DNA of 64,000 nt from an uncultured Spirochaetales bacterium (GCA_902797395.1 CADBSO010000135.1:2085-66084); one strand, 5' to 3'; shown: positions 35,073 through 45,646, counted from the stretch's first letter. Numbers and translations are program-made. Notes: generated from the sequence alone by a model not told the origin.

Positions 35073-35852
35073 TCACAGCCTCCTTATGGACAAGGCAAGC
35101 CCCGTCTCACCATCGAACTCTATGGCGCAGCCCATAATGCGCCCATCACCCTCCGCAGGCGGAACCTTTATGGGAACAGAGGTCAGCATGCGCTGCAAAG
35201 ACAACTCTATGCTTCCCCCTATAATCGAATCCTGAACTCCGGTCATGCCCAGATCCGTGATATAAGCCGTACCACCCGGAACAATCTTCTCATCCAGCGT
35301 CTGAACATGGGTGTGGGTTCCGCAAACAGCAGTAGCCTTTCCGGCGACTTCAAACGAAAAGGCTTCCTTCTGCGACGGAATCTCCCCATGCAAATCGATG
35401 AATATGATGGGCGTTTCCTTCCTGATCCGGCTTATGGTCTTCAACCCGACCGAATACAAGCTGTCACATGCTCCTATCCCGCTAGGAGCATGGAGATTGA
35501 CAACACCTATCTTAAGCCTGTCATCTGTCTCAAAGACGCAAGACCCATGCCCGATATTCCCGGAATAGAAATTGTCAGGTCTCAAAAGCCGATCATATTG
35601 ATCAAAAATCCCCACATCGGCGGCGCACTCGAAAGCATGGTTTCCAGTCGTTATGACATCCACGCCAAACCGAAAAAGCTGCTCGCAAGCCTCCTTCGAT
35701 ATGCCATATCCGGAAGCGGAATTCTCCGCATTGGCTATGACTATGGAGGGATTGTAGTCTTTTTTGAGCTTGGACAAGCCGAAAGCAACCGCCTTGACTC
35801 CGGCGCTTCCGGATATATCCCCTATCATTATCGCTGTCTTGACGGAACTCAA
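35073..35852 (-). CDS. ymdB: YmdB-family metallophosphoesterase (2',3'-cyclic-nucleotide phosphodiesterase-like)
   Basis: Blocks are MIGDISGSAG, ANAENSASG, DLHGE and GTHTHVQT. The position immediately after rny is the conserved rny-ymdB arrangement. Confidence 0.85.
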   Translation of the reverse strand: MSSVKTAIMIGDISGSAGVKAVAFGLSKLKKDYNPSIVIANAENSASGYGISKEACEQLFRFGVDVITTGNHAFECAADVGIFDQYDRLLRPDNFYSGNIGHGSCVFETDDRLKIGVVNLHAPSGIGACDSLYSVGLKTISRIRKETPIIFIDLHGEIPSQKEAFSFEVAGKATAVCGTHTHVQTLDEKIVPGGTAYITDLGMTGVQDSIIGGSIELSLQRMLTSVPIKVPPAEGDGRIMGCAIEFDGETGLALSIRRL

Positions 35853-37390
35853 CCTATAGTCTCCACAAACTTGGTTTCCCTGGTTACCGTGATCCTAATC
35901 TGACCAAGGAATCTGAATTCGGCCTTAAGGCGCTTGGTTATCTCAGAAGCGATCTCCCTTGCCTTGGCATCGCTCACCTTCTTGGGATCAACCAAAACCC
36001 TTATATCACGACCGGCCTGTATGGCATACGCCTTATCAACACCTTCAAAACTTGTGGCGATATTCTCGATATCGTCCAAGCGCTTCATATAGTTCTCTAT
36101 GGACTCGTCTCTGGCACCAGGCCTCGAAGCGGAAATCGCATCAGCTATCTGCACCACAATCGCTTCAAGGGATTCCGGCTCGCACTCGTTATGGTGCGAC
36201 CTTATGGCATTGACGACCAGCTTGTTCTCTCCAAGCCTCTCAGCCAATCTCGCCCCGCTTTCAGCATGGGCAGTCTCACTGTTCTCGTGCGCTTTTCCTA
36301 TATCATGCAAAAGAGCGGCGCGCCTGGCGAGATTGACATTCAAATGAAGCTCACTCGCTATCATCCCGGCGATTATGGCCGTTTCCTTTGAGTGCTGAAG
36401 CACATTCTGCCCATAGCTTCTCCTATAGAACAGCCGGCCCAAGCATCTGGTCAATTCAGCGCTGATCGTGGTTATGCCAAGATCAAGGAGAACCTTCTCG
36501 CCTTCCTCAAACGAAGTCTTGTCGATTTCCCTTGTCACTCTGCTTATGGTATCCTCTATCCTGGTCTGATGTATTCTCCCGTCTGCCGTCAAAAGCTCAA
36601 GAGCCCTAGTGGCAATGACTTTCCTTATGGGATTGAACGATGACACTATGACAGCCTCGGGCGTATCATCTATGATGATATCCACACCAAGCAGGTTCTC
36701 AAGAGCCTTTATATTGCGGCCCTCCCTTCCTATTATGCGCCCCTTCATCTCGTCATTCGGAAGCGATACGGTTGAAACGCAATTGTCCTGAACCACATTC
36801 GTCGCCACACGCTGCATCACGCTGAGTATGAGCTCCTGAGCCTTCCTCTCTCCTTCCTCCTTGGCCTCGTCCATGATCTTGGCGGTTATCGAGACCGCAT
36901 CCTTTTTGGCATCCTCCTCTATTCTGGAGACTATCTCCTTTTTAGCGTCCTCCGCCGTCATGCCGGCAACACGCTCGAACTCGGATAATATCGCCTCACC
37001 CTTGCGTCTGACCTCTTCTTCCTTGCATCTTATCTCCTCTTCCCTTCTAGCCAAAGCAGATCTCGAATCATCAAGCTCCTGCATCTTCTTCTCAAGGACA
37101 GCCGACCTATCGGAAATACCCGCCTCACGCTTCTGTATATCCGCTCTTGCGGCGCTGTTCTCTCTCATGAGAGCCTTTCTCTCATCACGCAGTGCGACCT
37201 CGCCTTCCGCTATCATCTTGGCCTTCTCGTCAGCAGCAGACCTTTTGGCCTCCTGCAACACCCGTTCAGCCTCATTTTCCGCAGACGTAAGCCTGGTCTT
37301 GGCATATATTAGCCTGACTGCAATGCCTAATACGAAAGAAAAAACCACAGACACGAGGAATATCAGCAAATTAATACTAATATTCATCAT
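35849..37390 (-). CDS. rny: Ribonuclease Y
   Basis: It has an N-terminal TM helix, a Glu/Lys-rich coiled coil, a KH domain (GRIIGREGRNIKALE) and an HD domain (ALLHDIGKA). Confidence 0.92.
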   Translation of the reverse strand: MMNISINLLIFLVSVVFSFVLGIAVRLIYAKTRLTSAENEAERVLQEAKRSAADEKAKMIAEGEVALRDERKALMRENSAARADIQKREAGISDRSAVLEKKMQELDDSRSALARREEEIRCKEEEVRRKGEAILSEFERVAGMTAEDAKKEIVSRIEEDAKKDAVSITAKIMDEAKEEGERKAQELILSVMQRVATNVVQDNCVSTVSLPNDEMKGRIIGREGRNIKALENLLGVDIIIDDTPEAVIVSSFNPIRKVIATRALELLTADGRIHQTRIEDTISRVTREIDKTSFEEGEKVLLDLGITTISAELTRCLGRLFYRRSYGQNVLQHSKETAIIAGMIASELHLNVNLARRAALLHDIGKAHENSETAHAESGARLAERLGENKLVVNAIRSHHNECEPESLEAIVVQIADAISASRPGARDESIENYMKRLDDIENIATSFEGVDKAYAIQAGRDIRVLVDPKKVSDAKAREIASEITKRLKAEFRFLGQIRITVTRETKFVETIG

Positions 37391-37593
37391 AATCTATCAC
37401 ATCCGACCAGCATGCAAGCCATTAGGCATTACGATATCAAGTCGGACTTCCCCCTATTTTAAAAATTACTTTAGATTATATATTTTTTCCATGCTTTTTC
37501 GCAAACCAAACGAATCACCGACACCAAAGCACAATGCCAGCCGTAAAACCAGCGGCTGCAATTCTTGATTATTTTCGCCTTTGTCCGTATCAT

Positions 37594-37738
37594 CTTCTAA
37601 AAGCGTTTCCGAAAGCCTGCTATTAAAGACCAGCTGTGGATTTCAGAAGAGGAAAAACGCCTGAAACCGCATGATACCCGCATAATATTATGGTATTCTA
37701 TCGTTTTCAGATGGTTTTCAAACATGAAAAGCGCTAAC
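37594..37738 (-). repeat. Degenerate Z-like repeat copy
   Basis: cttctaaaagcg...ctgtggatttcagaagaggaaaaacgcc aligns with the Z segment ttctaaaaacctgc...ctgcggattttcgaggcagaaaaacggc. The right end ggttttcaaacatgaaaagcgct resembles the Z end ggtttttaaaagcgccc. The copy carries indels. Confidence 0.5.
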
Positions 37739-37780
37739 GGAATCAGACTCCGATGCTTTTGAAAACGCCTTGAATATCGG

Positions 37781-37977
37781 AGAGTTTTTAAGCTCATCCC
37801 TTCATGCTGCTCGCTCTTTTGAATCATGGGCTTCATTTTTCTCTTATTCGGAAAAAATGCCAATGACTCTTCGAGGAATGATTTTCTTGAGAAAAGAAAA
37901 GACGCCAATGCATATGGTATTTGCGATTTCCCGAAGAATATCCGGTTCAAAATAGGCTTCGCATCGTTTTGAAATGA
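37781..37977 (+). repeat. Repeat family X, copy 2
   Basis: It aligns with 17431-17640. It ends about 40 nt upstream of the MATE ORF start and is co-oriented with that gene. Confidence 0.85.
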
Positions 37978-38018
37978 GTTTTTAAAAACCTTAAGAGAAT
38001 TTCCAAGCGGATTTTCAA

Positions 38019-39482
38019 ATGCAACGCGAATGCGCGTCCCGAAAGCCTATGGATGACAACTATATTTTCGAAAACATGCCGATTCACAAAGCCCTGATGA
38101 AGCTTGCGCTACCCGCGGTTTTCAGCCAAATAATGCTCGTCATATACAATATGGCGGACACTTTCTTCATAAGCATCACGCAAAGCAATGCGAAAATCGC
38201 AGCCGTAGCGCTTTGCATGCCGAGTTTGATGGTCTTTAATGCGATAGCGAATCTTTTCGGCGTCGGCGCGGCAAGCGTCATTTCCAGAGCGTTGGGGAAA
38301 TCAGATATCAGACGCGCCAAAGACGCATGCGCATTCTCATTCTGGGGATGCATGCTGGCAACAATATCATTTTCAGCGCTGTCCATGGCTTTTGCGAACC
38401 CGATAACCGATTTTTTAGGCGGAATCAACCCGGAAATACACAAATACAGCCTCGACTACATCAAATTCACAACAATCTATTGCGGCTGGGCGATTTCCAT
38501 TCCAATCCTGATGTCGCACATCGTCAGATCGGAAGGGCATTCGGTTCTAGCCAGCATAGGCATAGTGTCCGGAGGAATCATAAACATAATGCTTGACCCG
38601 CTGCTCATGTTCGTAATCCTGGATGAAGGAAACGAAGTGGCTGGAGCAGCTATCGCGACATCCTTATCCAATGTCATATCCTTCTGCTATTATATGGCTG
38701 TCATAGCGATAATGAGGAAAAAAAAGAAAGCCATCAGCATGAAGCTCAGGAAAAGCTGCTTTGAAAGAAGCATACCTCGCTGCATACTTGGCGCCGGACT
38801 TCCGGCATTCGCAATGACTTTTGCTGAAAACCTCTCATATGCCGTGCTTGACAGGCTGATGGCAACAGCGGGAACGATTTTCCAAGCGGGAATAGCTGTG
38901 GCGAAGAAGATAAACATGCTTTCCCATTCGATCATCCGCGGATTGACACAGGGAGCGCTGCCACTCCTCGGATACGCCTATTCCACCGGAAACAGGATGA
39001 AAACCAAGCGGATAGCCTATCTGACGCTATCGACGGCATTCGTGATTTCCACTTTGATTCTCGCTGCGAACCTCATATTCACATCAGGCCTAGTCTCCCT
39101 CTTCCTCTCACCCGAAAATCCATCCGGCGGATACGCAGCCGATTTTTTGAAAATACTTGCCTTAGGATGTCCGACATCAGCCATAGCCTACGCTTTCATT
39201 TCATTTTTCCAAGCGGTAGGCCACGGCAAGGAATCTCTTGTTCTGGCGCTGATGCGCAAAGGCATGCTCGACATACCGCTCATGTTCATCCTGCAGCTAA
39301 TCATAACAACATATGGAATCGTATGGGCTACTCCGATAACTGATGCGATATGCTGCATTGCGTCCGTAATAGCATTCGTCAGATTTTCCGAAAGACACTT
39401 GAAAAAGAACAAAAGAAGGAAAACATATGATCCCGAAACCGACACCTATATAATAAAAGAGCCATGCGACGAACAACCTTAA
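38019..39482 (+). CDS. MATE-family efflux transporter
   Basis: 487 aa and about 12 TM. The N-terminal block KALMKLALPAVFSQIMLVIYNMADTFFI is typical of MatE. An alternative start is at MDDNYIF (38049). Confidence 0.8.
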   Translation: MQRECASRKPMDDNYIFENMPIHKALMKLALPAVFSQIMLVIYNMADTFFISITQSNAKIAAVALCMPSLMVFNAIANLFGVGAASVISRALGKSDIRRAKDACAFSFWGCMLATISFSALSMAFANPITDFLGGINPEIHKYSLDYIKFTTIYCGWAISIPILMSHIVRSEGHSVLASIGIVSGGIINIMLDPLLMFVILDEGNEVAGAAIATSLSNVISFCYYMAVIAIMRKKKKAISMKLRKSCFERSIPRCILGAGLPAFAMTFAENLSYAVLDRLMATAGTIFQAGIAVAKKINMLSHSIIRGLTQGALPLLGYAYSTGNRMKTKRIAYLTLSTAFVISTLILAANLIFTSGLVSLFLSPENPSGGYAADFLKILALGCPTSAIAYAFISFFQAVGHGKESLVLALMRKGMLDIPLMFILQLIITTYGIVWATPITDAICCIASVIAFVRFSERHLKKNKRRKTYDPETDTYIIKEPCDEQP

Positions 39483-40594
39483 AACCATATTCCATCATAT
39501 TGGGCGCCACAGGAAGCGTAGGAAGGCAGGCGGTAGAAGTCCTGTCCAAAACCAACAGAATAAAGATAATAGGATTGGCATGCAAAAGCAGATCTGATGA
39601 AATCTCAAAAATCGCCGAATCATGCGGATGCAGCAGAATACATGTCGAAAATGATGATCCGCAAAGCCTAAGGGACTTCATAATGGAAACAACAAGGTTG
39701 TACCCTGCTAGCGAAACAACAGCCCTGAATGCGATAAGCGGCTTTGAGGGACTAAAGGCATCATTTGCGCTTGCGGATTCAAAAATCGACATACTGATGG
39801 CAAACAAGGAAAGCATAGTGGCGGGCGGAAGGATGTTTCTAAATTATGCGAAACGCATGGGAATACGCATAATACCAGTTGACAGCGAACATTCGTGCAT
39901 ATTCACATTGTCAAATGCTTTTCCCAAATCGCTTATCAAAAAAGTCATGATAACATGCTCCGGCGGGCCTTTCCGCGACAGAACAGATTTGAACGGAATC
40001 ACACCAGAAGAAGCGATCAAAAACCCGAATTGGAGCATGGGACCCAAGATATCGGTTGACTCAAGCACCCTAGCGAACAAGGTCGCTGAAATCATCGAAG
40101 CGAAATTCCTCTTCAATCTCAAACCGGAACAAATCGAAGCCGTGATTCAAAAAAACAGCCATGTCCACTCACTCATACAATTGAAGAACAACTCATATAT
40201 TGCGGAAATCTCCGTTCCAAACATGTCGCTTCCGATTGCAAAAGCATATGGGCTTGATGACGCCCCCGCAACAGATGATATCAATTGGTCTCATCTCAAT
40301 CTGGAATTCAGAAAACCCGATGAAAAAAGATTTCCTTTTCTTACATTGGCGGACGAGCTTATCAGAAACCACAGGAAATGCATAATATTCAATGCGGCGA
40401 ATGAAGAGGCCGTAAAGCTGTTTTTGGATGGGAAAACAACGTTTACTGGAATATTCGAGATTGTAAAGAAAACGTTGAATCGAACCAAACGGATTCAAAA
40501 AGGTCCAATGATAACATCACTCGAGGATATAATCAAAATAGATCTGGAAGCAAGAGAGGAAGCGAAAGCGGTTGCTAGAAGCGTCCTTGAATGA
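39464..40594 (+). CDS. dxr: 1-deoxy-D-xylulose-5-phosphate reductoisomerase
   Basis: Blocks are ILGATGSVGRQAVEVL, MANKESIV, PVDSEHSCIF and SMGPKISVDSSTLANK. It overlaps the MATE gene by 19 nt. Confidence 0.9.
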   Translation: MRRTTLKPYSIILGATGSVGRQAVEVLSKTNRIKIIGLACKSRSDEISKIAESCGCSRIHVENDDPQSLRDFIMETTRLYPASETTALNAISGFEGLKASFALADSKIDILMANKESIVAGGRMFLNYAKRMGIRIIPVDSEHSCIFTLSNAFPKSLIKKVMITCSGGPFRDRTDLNGITPEEAIKNPNWSMGPKISVDSSTLANKVAEIIEAKFLFNLKPEQIEAVIQKNSHVHSLIQLKNNSYIAEISVPNMSLPIAKAYGLDDAPATDDINWSHLNLEFRKPDEKRFPFLTLADELIRNHRKCIIFNAANEEAVKLFLDGKTTFTGIFEIVKKTLNRTKRIQKGPMITSLEDIIKIDLEAREEAKAVARSVLE

Positions 40595-41930
40595 TTTCCT
40601 TGAAAAACAGATCCACCAAATAAAAGGATCCGGTTACAAGGCATGCGCTGCCGGCCTGACAAATTTCATTTATTATTTCGAAGGTTTCCAATGCTCCTTC
40701 GGATTTGTAAAGCTTGCAATCCGATCCGAAAGCGGAAATCTGATCCTCGAACTCCTTGTAAATGAGATTCACATCGCTTTTCTTATAATCTCCCGGCTTC
40801 TGCACTATTATGGAATTGAAATGCGGAACAAGACGCCGGGCAATTTCCGAGACATTCTTGTCTATCGCACATCCGAAAACCAGAATAAGATTGCCACGCC
40901 TATAAGCAGATGAGAAGGTTTCAGCTACGCTCCCGATGCTTTCGGGCGTATGGGCGCCATCAAGAACATAATCAACACCGCCGACATTATGCCTCTCAAA
41001 CCTTCCGGGAATACGAAGCTCGGAAAGAGCATCCAAACAATCGCAACGCCCATCCTCGCCATCCTCAAGCAAGCCAAGCCTGTTCAAGGCCAATACCGCC
41101 AGAGCGCTGTCCTTTACGAAAACATCCCCCACAAGCGGAATCGAATACGAAAACGTTTTTCCATTCCAGTCCTCGAGTCTTATCAGACTGCCGTTTTCAT
41201 CAATGCGCAGGATATCACAAGATTTCCGCATATCTTTCAAAAAAACGATACTGCTGTTGTTCGCCACAGCTTCCTTCCGAAACACATCATCAACGGACTC
41301 GCAGTTGTTCAAAGCGAAACAGCAGGAATTCGGCTTTATGATTTTTGATTTCTCGCAAGCGATCTTCTCGACCGTATCTCCCAGTATATCCGTATGCTCC
41401 AGCTCTATCGTTGTGAACAGCTGATAATCAGTATCAAGAGCATTCGTCGCATCATATCTTCCACCCATGCCAACCTCGAAAACGGCATATCGGAGCTTTT
41501 CCCTTTTGAAAAGCAGAACGCAATAGACAAGATACTTCTCAAATACGCTCAAAGCATTGAATTCGCTTTCATGCTGCCTTGAAATACGTTCCAGATCGTT
41601 TGCGCAATCAATATAGGATTCATCTGAAAAAAAAGAAAACGGCCTGCAGAAACGTTCACGAAAATCATACACGAACGGCGAAAGAAAAAGTCCGCAGGCT
41701 CCGAACCGTCGCTCAAGCAATGCGGAAAGCGCATACGACACCGTTCCCTTTCCCTTGCTACCTGCGACATGAAAAACGGTCATATCCCTTTCGGGATGCC
41801 CGATCAAATCCAAAAAAACGGAAACATCGGCAAGCGTCCAATTCTTCTCGATCCTTAGCAGAGAAAGATCTTTCGCATAATCCCTGCCGCGGGACAGGAA
41901 TGCCTCCACATCCGCTAATGTCCGCATCAC
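40575..41930 (-). CDS. folC: Folylpolyglutamate synthase / dihydrofolate synthase
   Basis: The P-loop is HVAGSKGKGTVS, with Mur-ligase-like middle and C-terminal domains. 451 aa. Confidence 0.85.
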   Translation of the reverse strand: MMRTLADVEAFLSRGRDYAKDLSLLRIEKNWTLADVSVFLDLIGHPERDMTVFHVAGSKGKGTVSYALSALLERRFGACGLFLSPFVYDFRERFCRPFSFFSDESYIDCANDLERISRQHESEFNALSVFEKYLVYCVLLFKREKLRYAVFEVGMGGRYDATNALDTDYQLFTTIELEHTDILGDTVEKIACEKSKIIKPNSCCFALNNCESVDDVFRKEAVANNSSIVFLKDMRKSCDILRIDENGSLIRLEDWNGKTFSYSIPLVGDVFVKDSALAVLALNRLGLLEDGEDGRCDCLDALSELRIPGRFERHNVGGVDYVLDGAHTPESIGSVAETFSSAYRRGNLILVFGCAIDKNVSEIARRLVPHFNSIIVQKPGDYKKSDVNLIYKEFEDQISAFGSDCKLYKSEGALETFEIINEICQAGSACLVTGSFYLVDLFFKEIIQGRF

Positions 41931-42553
41931 TTGTTTTCGCCAAGCAATCCCTTCATTATCGCACGAACTTCAGGATCCTTGAATTGCTGGTCAATCTCAT
42001 CATCAGACAGTCCCTCGAATTCGTGATACATGTAATGAATCCAAACCTCATCCTCTTTTTTCGAATACACATGCTTCCGGCAGTAATAGTCAGGCTGCAC
42101 AGGAAGAAGATCCTTGTTCTTGTACAAAGGAAGCTTGTAATCATACACACACACTTTTATGTCCTCGCGCGGGATGCCTTTCTCCATGATTATGCCAACC
42201 AGCTTGTTCACGGTCTTTCCGGTATCGAACACATCATCGACAACCAGAATCTTATCACCTGTCCTGAGATGCTCAGGAGAATATGTCCAACCATCAACAA
42301 CGACGTCCCCGCCGAGTCTTTTAAGGTTCGAATAGCTCCTGGCAACCACGGCCGCATAAAAAACAGGCCGGCGATCATTCGGTTTCACAAGCTTGTAGTA
42401 TTCGCTGATGATATTGGCCATGTATGCGCCGCCCCTCAAAGACGCGTAAATGACATCCGGAACGAAATTATCCGTCCTATATATCCTGTCTATCAGCTTA
42501 AGAGTGTTATCCCTATACTCATCCGGATGAATGAATTCCTTGACTATACCCAT
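41927..42553 (-). CDS. Type-I phosphoribosyltransferase (purine PRT-like)
   Basis: The PRPP-binding loop is KILVVDDVFDTGKT. At 208 aa it has a longer C-terminus than a classical Hpt. Confidence 0.7.
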   Translation of the reverse strand: MGIVKEFIHPDEYRDNTLKLIDRIYRTDNFVPDVIYASLRGGAYMANIISEYYKLVKPNDRRPVFYAAVVARSYSNLKRLGGDVVVDGWTYSPEHLRTGDKILVVDDVFDTGKTVNKLVGIIMEKGIPREDIKVCVYDYKLPLYKNKDLLPVQPDYYCRKHVYSKKEDEVWIHYMYHEFEGLSDDEIDQQFKDPEVRAIMKGLLGENK

Positions 42554-42612
42554 ATTTCACTCCAAAATCATCAAAAAAGGGACATCAAAAGATGTTGCTA
42601 AAGAGCGTTCGC

Positions 42613-42641
42613 AAAAAAATCCGAACGCGCTTTCGTTCGGA
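42613..42641 (-). terminator. Rho-independent terminator after tRNA-Pro
   Basis: The minus strand reads TCCGAACG-aaagcg-CGTTCGGA followed by T7. Confidence 0.7.
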
Positions 42642-42651
42642 CTTCTGAAAA

Positions 42652-42724
42652 TCGGAATGAGAGGACTCGAACCTCCGATAGCCTGCTCCCAAAGCAGGTG
42701 CCATAGCCACTAGGCGACATTCCG
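42652..42724 (-). tRNA. tRNA-Pro (anticodon UGG)
   Basis: I folded the cloverleaf by hand. The acceptor is CGGAATG/CATTCCG with discriminator A. The anticodon stem CCTGC/GCAGG carries loop TT-TGG-GA. The T arm is GGAGG-TTCGAGT-CCTCT. CCA is not encoded. Confidence 0.85.
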
Positions 42725-42773
42725 ATGATTTTTCTTATGATACATCAAATCTTAAAATAATTCAAGAGCGCAT

Positions 42774-42799
42774 AAAAAAAGGCGACTCATCGAGCCGCC
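42774..42799 (-). terminator. Rho-independent terminator after the 341-aa lipoprotein gene
   Basis: The minus strand reads GGCGGCTC-gat-GAGTCGCC (1 mismatch) followed by T7. Confidence 0.6.
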
Positions 42800-42858
42800 C
42801 CCCATCCAATCTGGTCAAAGGACACTTTTGAAAATCTTCACGGCCAAATCAGAAACCG

Positions 42859-43851
42859 TCAATTAGCAATCGGCAAAGCCGGAACCTTAACGCCGAATTT
42901 CAAATCATCCGCAGTCTTGGGATACTCAACGCTCATATTGAAGGAAACCTGCATCGAAACATCCTTGAGATACTGCGCATATCCCACCATCGGTTCATCG
43001 TCGCCGCCGGCAGCCTCGCCGCCCATAAGCTCCTCGATGATTCCGGCCAAACCGAATGACATGCTGTCTATTGCGATAAGCTTCACGCGCTTCTCATCAT
43101 CAAAGCGCACCCTTATCGCCACCGGTATGTCATTATCCGTTTTCTGCGACTCTTCAATAAAGGAAATGCCTTGCTGCTCACCAGCGACCTGAAGCCTGGC
43201 CCAAAGAGTGACCTTATACTCGCCATTGCCTCCAAGCTTAGCCTTACCCCAAGATTCCTTAAGAGCATTGAACATGAACATCCATTCATCGTACATCGAT
43301 CTGCGAGTCGTTTCATCAGCGGACCAATCAGTCCACTCCTTATCGGTGCTATCCTTGAAAGCATGATATTTCATATCGCCGGTTCCGGTATACTCAACCA
43401 TTATTCCGGGCGTCATTATAAACTGATTGTCACCGCTCCCGGTCACATCAGCAGCCTTGTAGTCGGGCGTATACTGAACAGACCATTCCGGAGTGAAAAT
43501 GAGATTGATATCGGCTTCCGAACCATACGACGATCCAAAGTTGCCGAGATTGCCGCCAAGCTGAGAAATCAAAGCCTGCAATGGACTGCCAGCCGCCACA
43601 ACAACCTTAGCCTTAGCCTTGGTGACAGCCTTTATGCCTTTTGTGGCAGTAAGATCGACCGTTCCCTCAGCCTTAGCTACAATGCCCTTGTCCGACACAG
43701 CGGCAGTATCGTTTTTGGACGGATCGAGTATATAATCGAAGCCATCCTTCCATTCCTTCTCCGAAGAAACCTCGGTTCCAACCTTGCCGTTGCACGACGC
43801 AAACGCTAATGACAGAAGCAAAACCGTCAAAGCATAAAAAATCCTTTTCAT
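42859..43851 (-). CDS. Lipoprotein, unknown function
   Basis: The start is at MKRIFYALTVLLLSLAFASC (ATG 43851, with AAGGAG upstream). No family was recognised. Confidence 0.6.
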   Translation of the reverse strand: MKRIFYALTVLLLSLAFASCNGKVGTEVSSEKEWKDGFDYILDPSKNDTAAVSDKGIVAKAEGTVDLTATKGIKAVTKAKAKVVVAAGSPLQALISQLGGNLGNFGSSYGSEADINLIFTPEWSVQYTPDYKAADVTGSGDNQFIMTPGIMVEYTGTGDMKYHAFKDSTDKEWTDWSADETTRRSMYDEWMFMFNALKESWGKAKLGGNGEYKVTLWARLQVAGEQQGISFIEESQKTDNDIPVAIRVRFDDEKRVKLIAIDSMSFGLAGIIEELMGGEAAGGDDEPMVGYAQYLKDVSMQVSFNMSVEYPKTADDLKFGVKVPALPIAN

Positions 43852-43880
43852 AATATAAAATCTCCTTTCAAAGCAAAATG

Positions 43881-45416
43881 TCACTGCTCTGGCTTAAGCG
43901 AATTATCAAGCCACCACCTTATGCTGGCTTGCTCCGTAGCAGGCTTATTGAAATCATCATATGTAATGCCACCGCCCCAAACATTCGTCGGATCGGATAT
44001 CACCGCAACAAGCCTGCCATTTTTCACAAGAATGCACATCGATCTGGAAAGCTCGTCTTTGAGCACATACCTGCCCTTGCTGTCCCTCTTCGGAACACCG
44101 TTCTCATATTCAAAGTATTCGCTAAGCTGGCCATTGCCTTCAGTCACATAAGCCCTTTCGATCTCTTTGACAAGCCAGGTATATCCGACATCGGTATCCT
44201 CATTTCTAGTGTAATAGCTCTTGTAATCCCTTTTGAGCAGCTTTCCGGCAGCAAGCAAATAATCCTTGCTGCTTGCCTCGGTATGATCCTCATCACTGCC
44301 CGCATAGCTGCCAAAAGCATTGCACTTTATGAATTTTACATTAGGATATTCCTGAATGAAATTGAAGTCATACGGTGAGAAATCATGATCCACATTATTC
44401 CCCTTCTTATTCAGAACACTCATCATTATATCCTCGGTCCTATACGATCCGAACTCACCTGCCACAGGAAGAGGAAACGCCCTATACATCAGAACAAACG
44501 AGACATACGGACCGCCAAAGGACTTGTCCTTCTGGGCAGCCGCCGCCTGCTCCACTTCGAATTTTATTTCCGACATGAAGACATCATCCGCAGGCATGAT
44601 CGTTCCATCATCGTTCTTGCCGCTTTTGATCTCATGCATATAATCCTCAATTGAATAGCCGGCGCCCCAGTGCATCTTCTTCGCCTTGAGCCTGTAGCTG
44701 AGCATTTGCTCGGCTGTCTTTATTTCCGAATCAAGGACATTATCCGCATTTTCTATATCATTCACTCTTCCGTTTATCTGCGATAGGATCCTCGAGTTGC
44801 TCAATATATAGAACACATCGCCCGTAGTATCGCCGGAAATATTCTTTACCACGACCTTCCACTTCTTATTCGCTTCGTCAACCCTTGCCGCCATGCCGGT
44901 CGCAATCGCGCTCGTGTTCTTATGCTCATTTACCTCCTGAGCCCACTTGGCGGGAAGGCTGGCCTTCTGAGAAGCATAGAACTTGCACAAACCATGGTTT
45001 TCGGCAAAAGCCTTGTATTTGGCAAGATACTCCTCATTCTCAGTCTCATAGAAATATACGCACAAAACGCTATCCGTATAGCGAAGATCATCGAATGACT
45101 CAACGGTGAACTCCTCATCATCCTTGCTTGAAAGTCTGGCATCGGATTGCGTCTCCGCACCCATCACTGTTCCGCTGTAATCGGTATACACCTCGCCGGA
45201 TCCGGATTCGATTCCATTATCATCCATCATCGACTTCAAATCCGTCATGGTCATATTCTTATCCAAACCACCGACCTTTATTTCATTCATCTCGATCCCT
45301 TCTATGCCTCCGGCAAGCGCATTGACCTGCTTGTCAAAAAAGCTCAATATCTGGTCACAAGAGACCGAGGCCAACATAAGGATCACAATCGCAAATCCGC
45401 ATAAAAACCTTTTCAT
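43881..45416 (-). CDS. Lipoprotein, unknown function
   Basis: The signal peptide and lipobox read MKRFLCGFAIVILMLASVSC. 511 aa. No family was recognised. Confidence 0.6.
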   Translation of the reverse strand: MKRFLCGFAIVILMLASVSCDQILSFFDKQVNALAGGIEGIEMNEIKVGGLDKNMTMTDLKSMMDDNGIESGSGEVYTDYSGTVMGAETQSDARLSSKDDEEFTVESFDDLRYTDSVLCVYFYETENEEYLAKYKAFAENHGLCKFYASQKASLPAKWAQEVNEHKNTSAIATGMAARVDEANKKWKVVVKNISGDTTGDVFYILSNSRILSQINGRVNDIENADNVLDSEIKTAEQMLSYRLKAKKMHWGAGYSIEDYMHEIKSGKNDDGTIMPADDVFMSEIKFEVEQAAAAQKDKSFGGPYVSFVLMYRAFPLPVAGEFGSYRTEDIMMSVLNKKGNNVDHDFSPYDFNFIQEYPNVKFIKCNAFGSYAGSDEDHTEASSKDYLLAAGKLLKRDYKSYYTRNEDTDVGYTWLVKEIERAYVTEGNGQLSEYFEYENGVPKRDSKGRYVLKDELSRSMCILVKNGRLVAVISDPTNVWGGGITYDDFNKPATEQASIRWWLDNSLKPEQ

Positions 45417-45454
45417 AAACCACCATTTTCCCTATCTTCCGAATTTTTCAGGAT

Positions 45455-45646
45455 TCATTTCAAAATGATGCGACATCCGTTCCGCAAACAGGGCGCTCTC
45501 TGAAAAACCGCAAATACGTTCCGTACCAGCGTTTTTAAAAAGAATCCATGGACATTTTTTCTAAAAAAAGAGAAAAAATGAAGCCTTCATGCCCTGATTC
45601 GGAAGAGCGAGCAACACGAACGAAAGAATTCTGAAAAACCTCTTCC
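45455..45646 (-). repeat. Repeat family X, copy 3 (inverted)
   Basis: Its reverse complement aligns with copies 1 and 2, with several indels that are not multiples of 3. It ends about 40 nt upstream of the lipoprotein start at 45416 and is co-oriented with it. Confidence 0.8.

Noticed and set aside
40575-40594. The 20-nt convergent overlap of the dxr and folC 3' ends as a regulatory antisense arrangement.
   Set aside because: Short convergent overlaps of stop-proximal codons are common in compact genomes. There is no associated structure or repeat.
42554-42858. tRNA genes as integration sites for genomic islands or prophages (tRNA-Pro here, plus the 54.5-54.9 kb and 62.6-62.8 kb clusters).
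   Set aside because: No integrase, phage genes or direct repeats of tRNA 3' ends were seen flanking any of the five tRNAs. Neighbouring genes are housekeeping or lipoprotein genes with core-like composition.
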